Of a stretch of 64,000 nt of DNA, positions 1 to 14,030 are shown in pieces. Location: contig CM022669.1 of NCBI GenBank assembly GCA_012295275.1, positions 10,292,001 through 10,356,000 on the forward strand. Reading direction: 5' to 3'. Within the stretch, counting starts at the first letter, position 1. Every line of letters starts with the position of its first letter. The notes beneath the pieces are model-generated. The model saw nothing but the letters and a program-made list of their open reading frames with translations. It had not been told where the DNA came from and did no database searches. A program made the position numbers and the translations under genes. The stretch is from Chrysomallon squamiferum (taxonomy: Eukaryota > Animalia > Mollusca).

Positions 1-653
1 TTTTGTTTTGTTATTTTATTTTATTACTTTTTCCTCTTTTAAATTTATGCATAAGAAATATTTGGCTTATAAATTAATCTTAAATAATTTATGCTGACTT
101 TTATTTTCACTATCTACATGATATAATTTAATTTTTTTTTTCTTTTAATTTAAAGGATATTTCATTTAAAACATGATATAAAGTGGGTCATTTATATATA
201 TATCTCAATAAAAAATAGAATTCATTTATTATTAAGATATCAGATACCTATAACCACAGATTAATAGCTTTTGTATGTGTGAGTATGTTTTAACACTTTC
301 TGTTGACAATATAATTCCTTCTCCATACAAATTTATCTATTTATTTTAATTTTGTAAAGTCAGTCTCACATTGTGTTTATCAGTGTAGTATAATCAGATT
401 TCTCTCTCTCTATAAACATATTTATACAGTCTACAAAGCAAAGACAAGATGAAAAATAGAGTGATGCAGAAACTGATGGATCTCTCTGTTTCAAAAATAT
501 CCTCCAAAACAAACAAAATAAAATATCTATGGTATAAACTGCAACATATGTAAGAATCCGTTTTTCAAAACTGTCATTTACCTTGATAAATTATCTTTCA
601 CTTAGTGTTTTTTTTTGTTTTTTTTTAAAGATTAAATTAGTTAATGACAGATA

Positions 654-711
<58 letters not shown>

Positions 712-885
712 TACACAGATAGATAGATATATTTCTGGGTCGGGAAATGAGTTCAAAAATAAACACTTGAAAAAGCTATTAATCCATATTTATAGGTATC
801 TGATATCTTAATAATAAATGAATTCTATTTTGTACTTATATATGTATATATATATAGACGGATAGATAGATAGATAGATAGATAG

Positions 886-928
<43 letters not shown>

Positions 929-1095
929 TAGGAAATCATATTTGCAGTTAATATTTGCATTCTTGTGAGTGTACATGCATGTTGGTTCTTAAATATATCA
1001 GTCATTAAAATGTTTACAGCTATTTTTATGTTTTAGACTCTATTTATATTACAAATCTTTGTATATTTTTATTTATATGTATATGCATCTGTGTT

Positions 1096-1140
<45 letters not shown>

Positions 1141-1576
1141 GATCAGTACAAGTATGTAAATTTGTATGTATCATTTAAAAAAAAAAAAGTTTAATGTATT
1201 TTTATCTCCCTACATTAGTGTGTAAACATTTGTGTTTTATTTATTTCTCTGTGTTTGCATTTATTATCAATATCTCGATCTTCAAATACAGATATACCTC
1301 TTAATTCCTGTCAAATGAGATTTGAGTGAATACACTCTATTTACAGCATAGTTTAATGTGGTTTACTCTGGAACTGTGGCATAAAAACCTCAGGTTTATC
1401 TGTCTGCAATCTTTGATTTATGTCCTGTTCTGTCTAAATTATTAAATGTATTGGACCTTTCTTAATAAGTCATGATAGCTGTCAAAAATCAATTGAAGTT
1501 TATAATAATGATACCATTAGTGTTTTCTTTACACACACACACATACACACACACATACAAGCATACACATCTGTAA

Positions 1577-1625
<49 letters not shown>

Positions 1626-1957
1626 TTGTGTTTGTTTTAGTTAATAGTGGAGTTTATCTGAAGTGACATACTTGCTCTTTCAAATTTTATTTATATTACA
1701 TTTTTTATAAATATGTATGTATGTATTTATATATTGTTAGATTTTTTTTTTTGTTCTTTATTTTTGTTGGTTTTTTTTTTTTTTTTCTAATTTATTTTAA
1801 TTTAGTTTTACTGTTCTTATATCAATTTATTTTATTTCATGTTCTTTTTGGTGAGTGGTGGTGATGGGGGGGTCAGAAAATTGCATACCCTTTTTTATTA
1901 ACTCATATCTCAGACATGTAATAACAAAATATACAGAAATACAGTGTTTCATCCCAA

Positions 1958-2001
<44 letters not shown>

Positions 2002-2479
2002 TACAGAGGTAAAACACAAACGCAGCAAACATTTTTACTCTACTACTATTTTATTTATACATGTCTTAGTTTCTTTTCTCAGCTGTTTCCATCATTAAGA
2101 ATATTTTTAGCTTTCTATCTTGAGCAGTACAGAACAACTACTACTACAAAACTGTTTTTTTTCTGTTTTTTTTCAGTTTTTTTTCTTTTTTTTTTGCTGT
2201 GGTTTTTCTTCAAGATGGAAGGGAACATGTATGTTTGTGGTTGAGATATTCCCTCCTGAGTAGCTGGAGCACCGCAGTAGCAAACATAAAGTATTGTGCC
2301 AAGAGAGATAAAAGGATTGAGACAGTGTGTGTGTGTGTGTGTTGGCTGGTGCAAGCAAGTTCACGTCTCTACAACGCTGATCTGTTCTGTCTTAAATTGT
2401 TGGTCGATATCTGTTCTCCATTGGCGTGGTGCTGATAAATTGTTTTCCAAATATTTCTGAATGGTCCAGTAACCAGACT

Positions 2480-2483
<4 letters not shown>

Positions 2484-2553
<70 letters not shown>
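2484..2553. repeat. (CT)n microsatellite, representative of dozens of (CA)n/(CT)n/(AT)n/(AAT)n tracts in the window
   Basis: Direct reading; similar tracts near 660-725, 1580, 3753, 13365, 16170-16330, 26975, 33090, 38626, 39912, 44160. Confidence 0.95.
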
Positions 2554-2558
<5 letters not shown>

Positions 2559-3405
2559 TGTTGCGTGTGTGTGTGTGTATGTTCTGTATGCAGTTTCCTG
2601 AAGAACATTCTGGTTATTATTTTAACTGTAATTCTCATTGTTACTTTGAAACATTCACCTTTTTTTTCTCATTCTTTCATTACCTGGTTTTTAGTTTGTA
2701 TTTTTAATTCATTGTCACTTTTACAGTTATTTGTTTTATTTTGTTTTGTTTAATTTTGTTTTCTCATTCCCAAACATTTTTTTTTTTTTTTATCTTTCTA
2801 CTGTTTTTCTTCATCTCTCTGTGTCATTGTATCTGTTTATATTTGTCAGCCTACCAATCTGTCTCTTTTTCTCTCCTTCTCCTGTTACTAGCTCTCTACC
2901 TCTGTTATCTATCATTCTCTCTCTCAGTCTGTCAGTCTGTCTGTCTGTCTGTCTCTTTCTCATCCTTTCTCTCCCTCATTCATCCAGTTAGCATTCAAAC
3001 TATTAAATATAGTAAACATTTTAAAGCAAAATTTCACATTAAGCAATCTATATATTACCTGGGCTGAAACATTTGATAAACACTGTATATTACACCTGCT
3101 GTGAATGTACCAAAGGATATTGTTCTACGAGTTTGTTTTAAATCTACAAAATATTTTATCTTTACTGTAAAACATCAAATCACTGGTAGACTGTTACTAT
3201 TATTTACCATGTAAGAATATCAAAACATACCTCTGGCAGAAAAAAACACCTAATTTTTGTGAAATTTAGTGTTTCTGGCAAAGCAATAAAATTGACATGT
3301 GGTGTCATTTATTACACTGTTCTGAAGAATATATTGTAATATTTACTCTCCGAAAAATGTATATTGGTTTTCATAAATGGTTATTTTTTATTATTTGTTT
3401 TAACT

Positions 3406-3439
<34 letters not shown>

Positions 3440-3749
3440 GATACTGTATTTTATTTTATTTTGTTTTATTTCATTTCATTTTTATTTCCTTTCATTTTTT
3501 TTATTTCATTTGTAATTTTAATTTTTTTAAATTGTTTTTTTTTTTAAAGTTATTTTAAAATAACTGTAGAATAAGCTGTATGAATACTTTCATTAAAATT
3601 TCTTACTGAATTGAGTTTATTCTTTCAAAAACCACTATCTTTATCAGAGAAAATATTTGTGTTTTTTCTCTCATTTTCTTAGTTCCTTTTTCTATTTGTC
3701 TGTCTGTCAGTCTGCCAATCTATTTATCTGACTTTTTGGTATCCATCCA

Positions 3750-3862
<113 letters not shown>

Positions 3863-4216
3863 ATTTTTATTTTTTTGGTCATCTGATGCCCTTGTCTTCT
3901 TCCAGTCTGGGATTAAATCTGACAAAGCTATATTAATACCCAACTGTTTCTTGTGTCTGTGAAAACCTCTCTCTCTCTCTCACTCTCTCTACAAAAGATG
4001 CTTTCAGAGTAAATAAGTCCATTAGTCCTGTCGTAGCGAGGCAGCACGAGACGGAGCTGGAGGTCACAACGGCTCGCTGTACAGGGACGGTGTGCAAATC
4101 ACGTCATAAGCCCACAACGTCTGCGACTCACCTTAATTATACAAGATTTGCAGTGCGCATTCACACCTGATGTCGACATTTTGTGATCAGCACACCACTC
4201 GAGATGGATATTGATG

Positions 4217-4230
4217 TTTCCATGACGTCA
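4217..4230. promoter_or_regulatory. Perfect CRE palindrome overlapping an X-box-like sequence, in a CpG-retaining island
   Basis: GTTTCCATGACGTCA; TGACGTCA at 4223-4230; island ~4020-4280. Confidence 0.5.
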
Positions 4231-4621
4231 CTGGGATTTTGAGACAGAGTCATTCCGGAACAGAAGCTTCCAGTCGTGTTCCAATTTTTTTTTTTTTTTT
4301 TTTTTTTCCAATGAAATAATTTGATTTTTTTTTTTTCTTTTTCTTTAATTTTTTTTCGGAGATTGTAGGTTTCTTTGAGAACAGATTTTGTTTGTTTGTG
4401 GGTTTTTGAAGTTAATGAAATGTATGTTAGACAATCATATTTATAGTCATAATAGATTATATTTTAAAACTAAATATAAAAGTATTTTTTAATTTTCTTT
4501 TACTTTTTTATTTATTTATTTATTTTTTTTATATAAAAGGTTAAATCAGAAGGAAGTAAAAATAATTAAGAAACTAATTTTGTTCAGAGGATAAAGCAGA
4601 ACATTATTGACTAAATAATAC

Positions 4622-4673
<52 letters not shown>

Positions 4674-6010
4674 AGTTATGGCAAATATTTTATCAGAATA
4701 AAATCCAGTGACTGTTATATTTAAATTTTTCTTTTAACTGCTTATATATAAGCACACAGAATACATATATCTACATGCACAAACACCCAGATATACATAC
4801 ACATGTTGTTGTGCATTACAATTTTCATCCTGGACTTAATTCAAACTGCATGCAGTAGGAAGTATTCCTTAAATATAATACTGGACTATGCTCTTTTAAA
4901 AAGGAGTTGAATTCAAGTTATTCATGACACTGCAGTACTGATTCAAACTCTTTTTAATACAAAAATAAACAGATTATTTTTTTTCATAACTATTTCATAT
5001 TAAACTAAATTCTTTTAAAACAGGATATACAATTACAAATCCTCATATCACATTTTGTTTTAAACAGATTATGAGTTCAAGTCATCATTCCAAGCATAAT
5101 TTTTTTTTTTTTTTTTTTTTTTTCAAAATATTCATTACTCATTCCTGCTGATTTTACTGCCACCTTCCTGGGTCTCAGCAGCCCCACCCTTTGAGAAATC
5201 AATGACTGGTTCTGTGACCAAGAGTTACCACATTTCCTGTAACACTTCCCCCCCTCGATCAATTCTCCAAGAGTTTTGTGTAATGAGGCCTTCGGCTTGT
5301 GTTAGTGTTTTCTTACTAACAGCTCCACCGTTTCGAAGGCTTCCTTATAGGGTGTTAATAGAATTCAGCATTTAAAGGTATCTCTGTTGCATAATTTCAG
5401 CCATTTCTGACACATTTCGTCTCAGATTTGTTTTTCTCCTTTTTAGATTGGTCTGTAATTATCACTCGCCAAATCTGGCCTGATTTCTTTTTTTTTTTTT
5501 TTTTTTTTCCCTTCTCTATCTTCCGCTAATGTAGTGAAAATTATTCTTTGATCTTGTGGGTCAGATGCCTTAAGGTTTTAGTGGAGAAATGGTGTCAGTG
5601 GGTGGAGAGAGTGATAGTATAAGTTTTATATCTACATATCTCATTATTATTATTATTTTTTTTATCTGATTCTGTCATATTATCATGTTTTTAGCTACAG
5701 TGTGTGTGTGTGTACTTGAAAAAAAAACAAATCAGTGTTTTCAGTCATTTTCTAAATTGTTGTTATTGCTGATGTGAAGATAGAAATGAAATTAGATAAA
5801 AAAAAAAAAAAAAATAATGAATGTTGTATGATGCTATTGGTTAAATTTGATTTTTAGAAAGATAAATTTTTGTAATAAGATATCTTTAAGAGTGTTTATT
5901 ATATATGTATCTGTATGTGGATGTGTCTAGGTATATAGATATGTATGTGTTTGGGTATGTGTATGTGTTTATAGGTACATATGTAATTGTAATTAAATTT
6001 ATACATACAG

Positions 6011-6062
<52 letters not shown>

Positions 6063-6423
6063 ATTTATGTATGTATGTATATATTTGTGTGGGCATATAA
6101 GTGTGTGAGTATCTGTGTGTTTGTGTATGTTTGTATGTGGTTTTTTGTGTGTGTTTGTCTGTGTGTGTGTTTATTTGTGTGTGTTTGTCTGTGTGTGTGT
6201 TTTTATATTAACAGAAATTAATTATTTGATTCTTTTAAACTAATAGCATGTTAAAAGGAAATCACTGTTGACATAATGCAGTGATTATTATTATCAACTG
6301 GTATCAGGGAATATTGTATGTCTTTGCATTTTCACAGGTACAAAACTAATACAACACTAGCATGCTAAATATTTCTGGTTTCTTATCTGAAACCATTCTT
6401 CTTCAAATACATTTTCAGTGTAT

Positions 6424-6471
<48 letters not shown>

Positions 6472-8334
6472 TGCAACTGCTTTCTTTTTCATCTTTTTCT
6501 TTTTCTAACACGCACTAACAGACTAAAGACAACTACGCATTTTCTTTTTGTTGTATGGTTCATTAATTATTCTTTTGTTATCAGATTTGAGTCAGATTTT
6601 GTGTTAACTTATATCTCTCTTTTGTTCACAAACTACATCCTTTTAAATAAAATAAAATCATACCAAAAATTAAATAATAATAATAATAATAATAATTATA
6701 TATATATATATATATATATATTTGGAACTGTTGCAGTGTTAAATACAAAGTGACAAATGATGCTTCTCTCTTACAACATAGGTAATAACTTTTGATATTT
6801 CACAGCCCTAATTTATAAAGTGGGTTTTTACAAGATGAAAGTAAATCTCACACATATTTATAACAGTGAAATATATCTAGTACTTAAAAGTACAAAAGGC
6901 AGTGACTCTCCGTGCATTGTCATATAAGTTACTTCAGTCTGAACTCCCCACACACACACACTCATTTCATATGACATAACATAATACGTGGATATCACAG
7001 ATTTGGTATTCAGTTTTGCATCTCTATTGTTTTGTTGGGGAACCTGAGATACAGACTGATGATGTTCTATTCTTCTGAAGTATACAACATAATAAATCTT
7101 GCCGTTTACTGCCGCCATGCAAATATCTTTTATATATATATATGCATACAGAGCTATAAAACTCAACGAGGTTTTACATTGTCTGAAATCTATGAAAACA
7201 AAATGTTGTGAAATATCTTCTATTTATGGTAAGTTATAAAACTCACTGGAGTTTCAAATCATTTTAAATATTTGAAGGTAACTAAATTATTAAGAGAAAA
7301 CGTAAGCTTAAGGTTTTTTTAAAATTTATATTGCTGCTGTTGCATTTTGTTGTGATACAGAAAAAAAGTTTTATTATGTTCTTCAAGACAGAACATAGGA
7401 AATCTCAGCTTCTACTGATGTGAACTATTCAGTGTTCTGGTATGAAATTCTACATCATTTTAAATACTTTAGAATTTTAGTTTATGTTACTGGCTCTTGT
7501 TTTGTTGAGATATAGAAAAATATTTTATATTGTGCAACAGAGAACACAGGATATCTGAGTTTCAACTGATGCCACCTATTTCTGTTTACTGGTACAAAAC
7601 TGTCTTGTCTATTAACTAGTATAGTATTAATACAACGAATCTAAGTACTTAATTTTTACTGGTGTTGTTTTTTGTCATGTAAAGGAGAAAGAATTTTATC
7701 ATTCTGCAGAGGATACTTTATAAATGTCTCAGTTTCTGTCTTAGTTTATTTTGCAATGTACTGATACAAAAGCACTTGAATTTCTAATTATTTTAAAAAC
7801 ATTTATATGAACTGAACTGTTATATGAATAATACAACAGCTTTAGTTTTTAAACTCAGATATCATTTCCTTTTTATACTAATGTTTATTTTTTATTTTTT
7901 ATCAAAGAAACTGAAAGTATTTTTTATACAATTATAATTCAGGCTGTTATAATTATTACAAATCTTCCAGTTTCTATCACAATGGACATCTTTAATCTTG
8001 TTATATTATTGTTTCACTTCATTTTTAAACATGCAGACTGGAAAGAAATTAACTGTTATAAGCACATCTCTAGTACTTACATTTCTATTTCTGTTGTTTT
8101 TGTCGAGGAAAAAGGAAAGTACTTTAAGATGTTCTTGAGGACAGAGATAGGGAGACAGATGAGTAATTGGGAAGTTAATAGCAGGGTGTGTGAGCTGGAA
8201 AAATCTTAGGGGAGAAAATTGTGGATGTGAAAACAACAGGACGACAGTAGTGGAAAGGGAGGAGAAAGGTAGAAGAAGGAATGAAAGAGTGTATGAGAGG
8301 ATACAGAATAATGGGATAAGAATTGTAGAGGATG

Positions 8335-8776
8335 GTAATAGGGGAGGATAAGAGTTGAGGGTAGTGGAATATTGGTTGGGGAGGATAAGAATGGAAGGGT
8401 TGATAAGAGAGGTAGGTAGTGGAATATTGGTTGGGGAGGATAAGAATGGAAGGGTTGATAAGAGAGTTAGGTAGTGGAATATTGGTAGGGGAGGATAAGA
8501 ATGGAAGGGTTGATAAGAGAGGTAGGTAGTGGAATATTGGTAGGGGAGGATAAGAATGGAAGGGTTGATAAGAGTTAGGTAGTGGAATATTGGTAGGGGA
8601 GGATAAGAATGGAAGGGTTGATAAGAGAGGTAGGTAGTGGAATATTGGTAGGGGAGGATAAGAATGGAAGGGTTGATAAGAGAGGTAGGTAGTGGAATAT
8701 TGGTAGGGGAGGATAAGAATGGAAGGGTTGATAAGAGAGGTGGGTAGTGGAAGATGAAAATAGTAGGGGAGGATAA
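8335..8776 (+). repeat. 55-bp minisatellite, about 8 copies
   Basis: Unit GTAGTGGAATATTGGTAGGGGAGGATAAGAATGGAAGGGTTGATAAGAGAGGTAG starts at 8361, 8416, 8471, 8526, 8579, 8634, 8689, 8744. Confidence 0.95.
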
Positions 8777-11485
8777 CACTTGTAGTGATGTTAGTAGTGG
8801 GACGAAACATAAGAGTGGTAGAGTGATGGAAAGAGAGAGTTGGGGGGAGATACAGACAGAGGGGGAAATGACAGAAATCTGTCGCCAGTTCACATTTTGC
8901 CCTACTTGACAATTTTCACACAATTGTTTTGCCCAGGGATTATGTTTTGTTGGTTTGTCGTGTATCCTCTCTAAACTGTCTTAAGAGTATTCGAGGGATA
9001 ACATCAAATGTCGGAGGAACTTAGCACTCGGCCAGCCTCTGTATCACACTTAGTGCGTGTTTACATAATTCAGTGAACACTGAAGAGCAAATATTCTTTT
9101 TAGATTCATTCTCTTGTTATCTGGAATCAGACGAAAACCAATAACTATTTTGATGAGAATTTTATGCAGCAACGCACATGTGTGCATCCTACTGAAAAGG
9201 AGGAATTTAACAAAGATAATATTTCTGTGATTTATTCATTTTTAATTCACTTTTTTTTTATTGTATTTGTGTTTTTTTTTTTTATTTTTATATTTTTTTA
9301 TTACTTTTTGGAGACAAAGAGGTATATTTTTAAATATATCAGATTGTCTGAAGTATATAAATATCCAAACCATTCAGGTAAGATATTCTTATTTATAAAG
9401 TTTTGAATATTATTAAGTTTTGAATATTATCAAGTTTTTACTTCCTCCTCTATGATTTGAAATTGCATTTATGTAATTATTAAGGTATTGCTGCTTTATT
9501 TTGTTTTATATATATATAATCGAGAAGATATAGAAAAAAAGAAAGCAAGAAAAAAATAAATATATATATTTTTGTAAAAGAAAAAAAGAAAAGAAAGTTA
9601 ATAAATAATTTTGAAAAATAATAAATTAATCCACATAAACAGGATTAAATAAGAATAATAAATCTTATAATAACAAATGAAATAATGAAAAGGCTTAAAT
9701 ACAGAAACACCCTGAAAACAAGAAAAATTTGGAAAATGAAAACAACATTAATTACCAATGATAATAATTATAATGCATGCAACAGAACACTAATTACACC
9801 TATTTATGTTTCTTTGTCTCTTCCCAATCTATATTCGAGTTTCCATGACGACTCATATTGTTAGGTATAAATTAGATGTATTATGACTAAGCCACAAGTA
9901 ATCTAATCTAAAAGAGATTTAGTTAGAGGCAACATTTTGTTTCTTTCTTTTTTTATTCTTTTTTATTTTTGTTTGTTTTTTTTTTTTTTTCTTTTTTTTT
10001 TTTCTTTTACTTTTGTATGACCAATTAGTCATCAAAAGGAAGATATGTGAGGGAATTTTTTTTTTCCTGTTTTCTTTTCTTTTTTTTTTCACAGTCATTT
10101 CCAATTGTTTGAGGTTTTGTTTTATTTTTCTATTTTTTTTTTTGTGGACTACAAACAAAAAGTATTTCAGAAGAGCTGTGGCGATCGCACTAGACTACTG
10201 TAAAGTGTCACTTTATGTTTATGTCATGTTGACAAAACACGCCGGTATGTGGTGCCGTGTCACATCAAGAACTCCAGTTCCAGCTTGGCCACGCTTTTGG
10301 TCACTGGACTAGCTTTTCCGGTCACCAACAACAAACAGTTGGCTCTGCTCCGTGTTTACGAAAAGCCAACAAAAGGCTGACGGTGTCTGCCACAGGCAGG
10401 GTGGTGGTACCACCGCTGATTTCTGTGATGAGTAAAAGTTGAGGCATAAAATAAACAAACTGCTGTCTGTGTTCACAGCAGTACAGTCACCGTGTCCCCT
10501 GGCCGAATATTCATGAATTGTTTTTCTTGTTGTTTTTCTTATATTTCGAAAAAAAATTATTTTATAGAGTACACACGTACAGACATACGTACGTTTGTGA
10601 AATATGTTCAAATTGCTATGTTCTCAGAAGGTTAAAAACTGTTTGTTGTCACAGTACAAACAATTGGTATTTAAAAACACGGTTTTCGTTTTCTAATTTC
10701 AGCTGACAAATTTGAGATTTTTCTGGTTAATTTTATGAGGTTTCTTATAGAATACATTCTAATTGTCTCTGTTCTCTGAAAGTTAAACATTTTGTTTGCA
10801 GACTAGGAACTGTTGATTTTAAAGCTAGAAAGAGTTTATATTTTCTTATATTTTCAACAGCCAAATATCAGATTTGATTTTTGGCAGTTTTATGGGGTTA
10901 TCTTAAACTGATGGGTTTTTTTCTTCTTTTTGTGCACCTTATTATATTACTGTATCCCAATTTTCAGCCATGTTCTTTTATAAAACAATATCGTAATCAA
11001 ATGTTCTGTTTCTTTTTAGATGAGTTTTGTCACAATAAAAAAACTGAAAAAAAGAAGGAAAACTGTTCTATTCAATGATACTATATTAAGAAGCAATGTT
11101 TTTAATTTCTGAAACATTTTTGAAATCTGTGTTATTTTTGAAGAACTTTTCTCAATCTTTCATTATCATTATAATCATTGTGTGTATAGTTAACCTGTTC
11201 ACTAAGTCAGCACAGTTTTTAATAATGGAGATTTTGGTTTCATTTTGCTTTGTGTGCTCTGTATATTGTGAACCTTCTGAGAACCAAGTGACTTTTGTGA
11301 TTAAACATTACATCACGGTTAGCTTCAGCTGATTAATAATATGTTTCTAATGGTGTACAAATCATGGCTAAAATGTCATGGAATGTTCTGTGTGTGTGTG
11401 TGTGTGAGAGGTGAGACACTCACACACACACACACACATTATCTGCACTTTATTCATAAAATACATACATACATACATACATACA

Positions 11486-11523
<38 letters not shown>

Positions 11524-11898
11524 CCTGAAACGTTACAGGAAATCTTCACTATTGTGTAATATATTTTATGTTAACTGTTAACTATGTGTGTGTATATATA
11601 TCAAAATGCTGAACTTCCTGTAACATTCGTGAGGTAAGTTAGCGTCACGTCAGTGTCAGTGACACAAACAAGCCATCACTGGGAGACTTCTTACATAAAC
11701 CATGTTGTGTTTTAATACCTGGCTGTCTCCTGGTGTCACTTTACAATGCGGCTCGCTTCTACGTGGTCGCGGAGAAAACGTAAAACCTTCGTGTTATGGC
11801 AAGACTGAAGTGTGGAGTGTGGCAGGCTCATTCCTCTTTGATATTCCCGTTTTGTGTTTTATCCAGTTCCGGCCGTGGCTAGAGCACATTAAATATGT

Positions 11899-11906
11899 TG
11901 ACGTCA
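11899..11906. promoter_or_regulatory. Perfect CRE palindrome in CpG-retaining island 11600-11910
   Basis: TGACGTCA; half sites CGTCACGTCA at ~11643. Confidence 0.45.
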
Positions 11907-12009
11907 TTTCTATTAGAAAACAGTTTTTATGTTGAAATTCTACTGTTTTAACTTTTGTTGACAAGTTCTGAAGACTAGCTCTCAACATTTTTTATAGTAT
12001 GCTAATACA

Positions 12010-12860
12010 TATTGAAGACAGTCTATACTGTTATGATGGTGCACTGATAATTACTGAAGACAGTCTACATTTTTATGACAAATACACTGATAAATACAAG
12101 GAGACTGTCTATGTTTCTATGACAACCTACTGAATAGCTATGTCAGTCTGTTTTTATATGACAGTGTGTGGATTGGCCTGTGTTTCAATGACAACCCATT
12201 GATGAATAATTATGTCATTCTGTTGTTTATGACAACACTGTGTGGATTGGACTATGTTTCTATGACAACTTATTTATGAATACATATGTGAATGCATTTT
12301 TTATACACGACAATAATATGTGTACTGGACTGTTTCTGTGACAACCCAGTGATGAATTGTTATATCAGTTATGACATGAATTGGTCTATGTTTCTATGAC
12401 AACACACTGATAATACTTTATGTGACGACACATTGTTGAATACTTAAGAACGTCTATTCTTTTATGACAGTCCATTGATGAACGCAAAACACAGACCATG
12501 TTTCTGTGACAAATCGTTGATGAATAGTGAAGACAGTCTACGTCACTATGACAATAGACTGATGAACATACTGAAGACATCTTTCTTTGTATGACAGTAT
12601 ATAGGTAAGTACAGAAAACAGTCTAAGTTTCTACGACAACCTATTGGTGAATAAGTTCAGTCTATTTTTATGGAGGCAGTATGTGGATTTGTCCATATTT
12701 CTCTGACACACCACTGACGAAGAGTCTGTATTTGTGTGACAAAGTTTTGATTGATACTGAAGGCAGTCTAGAGCAGTATGACTGTACTGAAGACAGGCTA
12801 TGATGTTTCTATGACAATGTGGTACTAAATACCGAAGACAGTCTATCTTTGTATGAGATG
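12010..12860 (+). repeat. Degenerate ~40-45-bp tandem array
   Basis: Recurring (ACTGAAGAC)AGTCTATGTTTCTATGACAAC..CTGATGAAT units. Confidence 0.85.
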
Positions 12861-13363
12861 ATGCCAGGAGTATTTGATCAGATTTTCTTGTTAATCTGAT
12901 ACACGGTGGTGTCGTCATTCACGATGATGTTTAGGTTAGTGGGTTCCACCAACAGAATTAAAAAAAAAAAAAAAAAAATGTACATTCTCTTTAATTAACA
13001 AGAATGCATTAATAGTGGACGAGTATAAAGACTGACAAGATATTTCTGTCATTAGGAGAAATTTTTGGGTCGTGGTCACTGGGTAACGGCTGTGTTGGAA
13101 AAAAAAGAAGAAAAAAGGATGTTCTTTATGTCTCAGAAATAGAAGATTATATTTATAGATTTACGTAGCTGAAATTTAATAGGAAAATTACGTTAATATC
13201 CTTCCTGTTATTAATCGAGCTGCAAAATAGGCTGTTTTAACTTAGTTATACATTGTTATAGTCAGGTGTTACAAAATTGTGATACATTTCTGACACGGCT
13301 TGTAACAGTCTCGTGTTAAACTTGGTTACTTCCAATCAATGGAACCAGGATTTCCTTCACTGA

Positions 13364-13407
<44 letters not shown>

Positions 13408-13743
13408 CATAACTGATTACTATTAAGAGCTCAAAATCTAAGATGGATAATTATTATAGTAATGGATTTTCAAACGGTATTGTAGCACCACATCCACGTA
13501 CACACATATATATACTGAATTTTTTTTTTATCACAAATGTATTTAGTGTTTTATTTTCTTTTTTTTTTTAAATTTCTGTCAGTGTATAGAACACTGTAGA
13601 ATACGTCTGCCAGCATCCCTGTTGTAGCACTATTATATTATGGTCCATGTGAACTCTGTGCAATTTTTTAATAGTGCCTTTTCATGTTAAGCACCCTTTT
13701 TGCCATGGACCCCTCCCTCATCAGAAATGCTGGATCCACCCTA

Positions 13744-13791
<48 letters not shown>

Positions 13792-13892
13792 GATCCATAC
13801 ATATGTTAATAGTCAGACAGACAGGGAAAGGGAGGTACATATTCACATGCAATTTATCAGCAATCACTGTACACTGTGGCACGATATGATGA

Positions 13893-14030
13893 TTGAATAA
13901 ATTTATTTATCTCTGGGAACTGACTGTATTCAGGTCATTTGAATAAATTTTATTTATCTCTGGGAACTGACTGTATTCAGGTCATTTGAATACATTTATT
14001 TATCTCTGGGAACTGACTGTATTCAGGTCA
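13893..14030 (+). repeat. ~46-bp tandem repeat, 3 near-identical copies
   Basis: TTGAATAAATTTATTTATCTCTGGGAACTGACTGTATTCAGGTCA x3. Confidence 0.95.

Noticed and set aside
8006-8923. 305-aa and 245-aa minus-strand ORFs
   Set aside because: They span the 55-bp minisatellite whose minus strand lacks G, so TAG and TGA cannot occur; the translation is periodic with no domain
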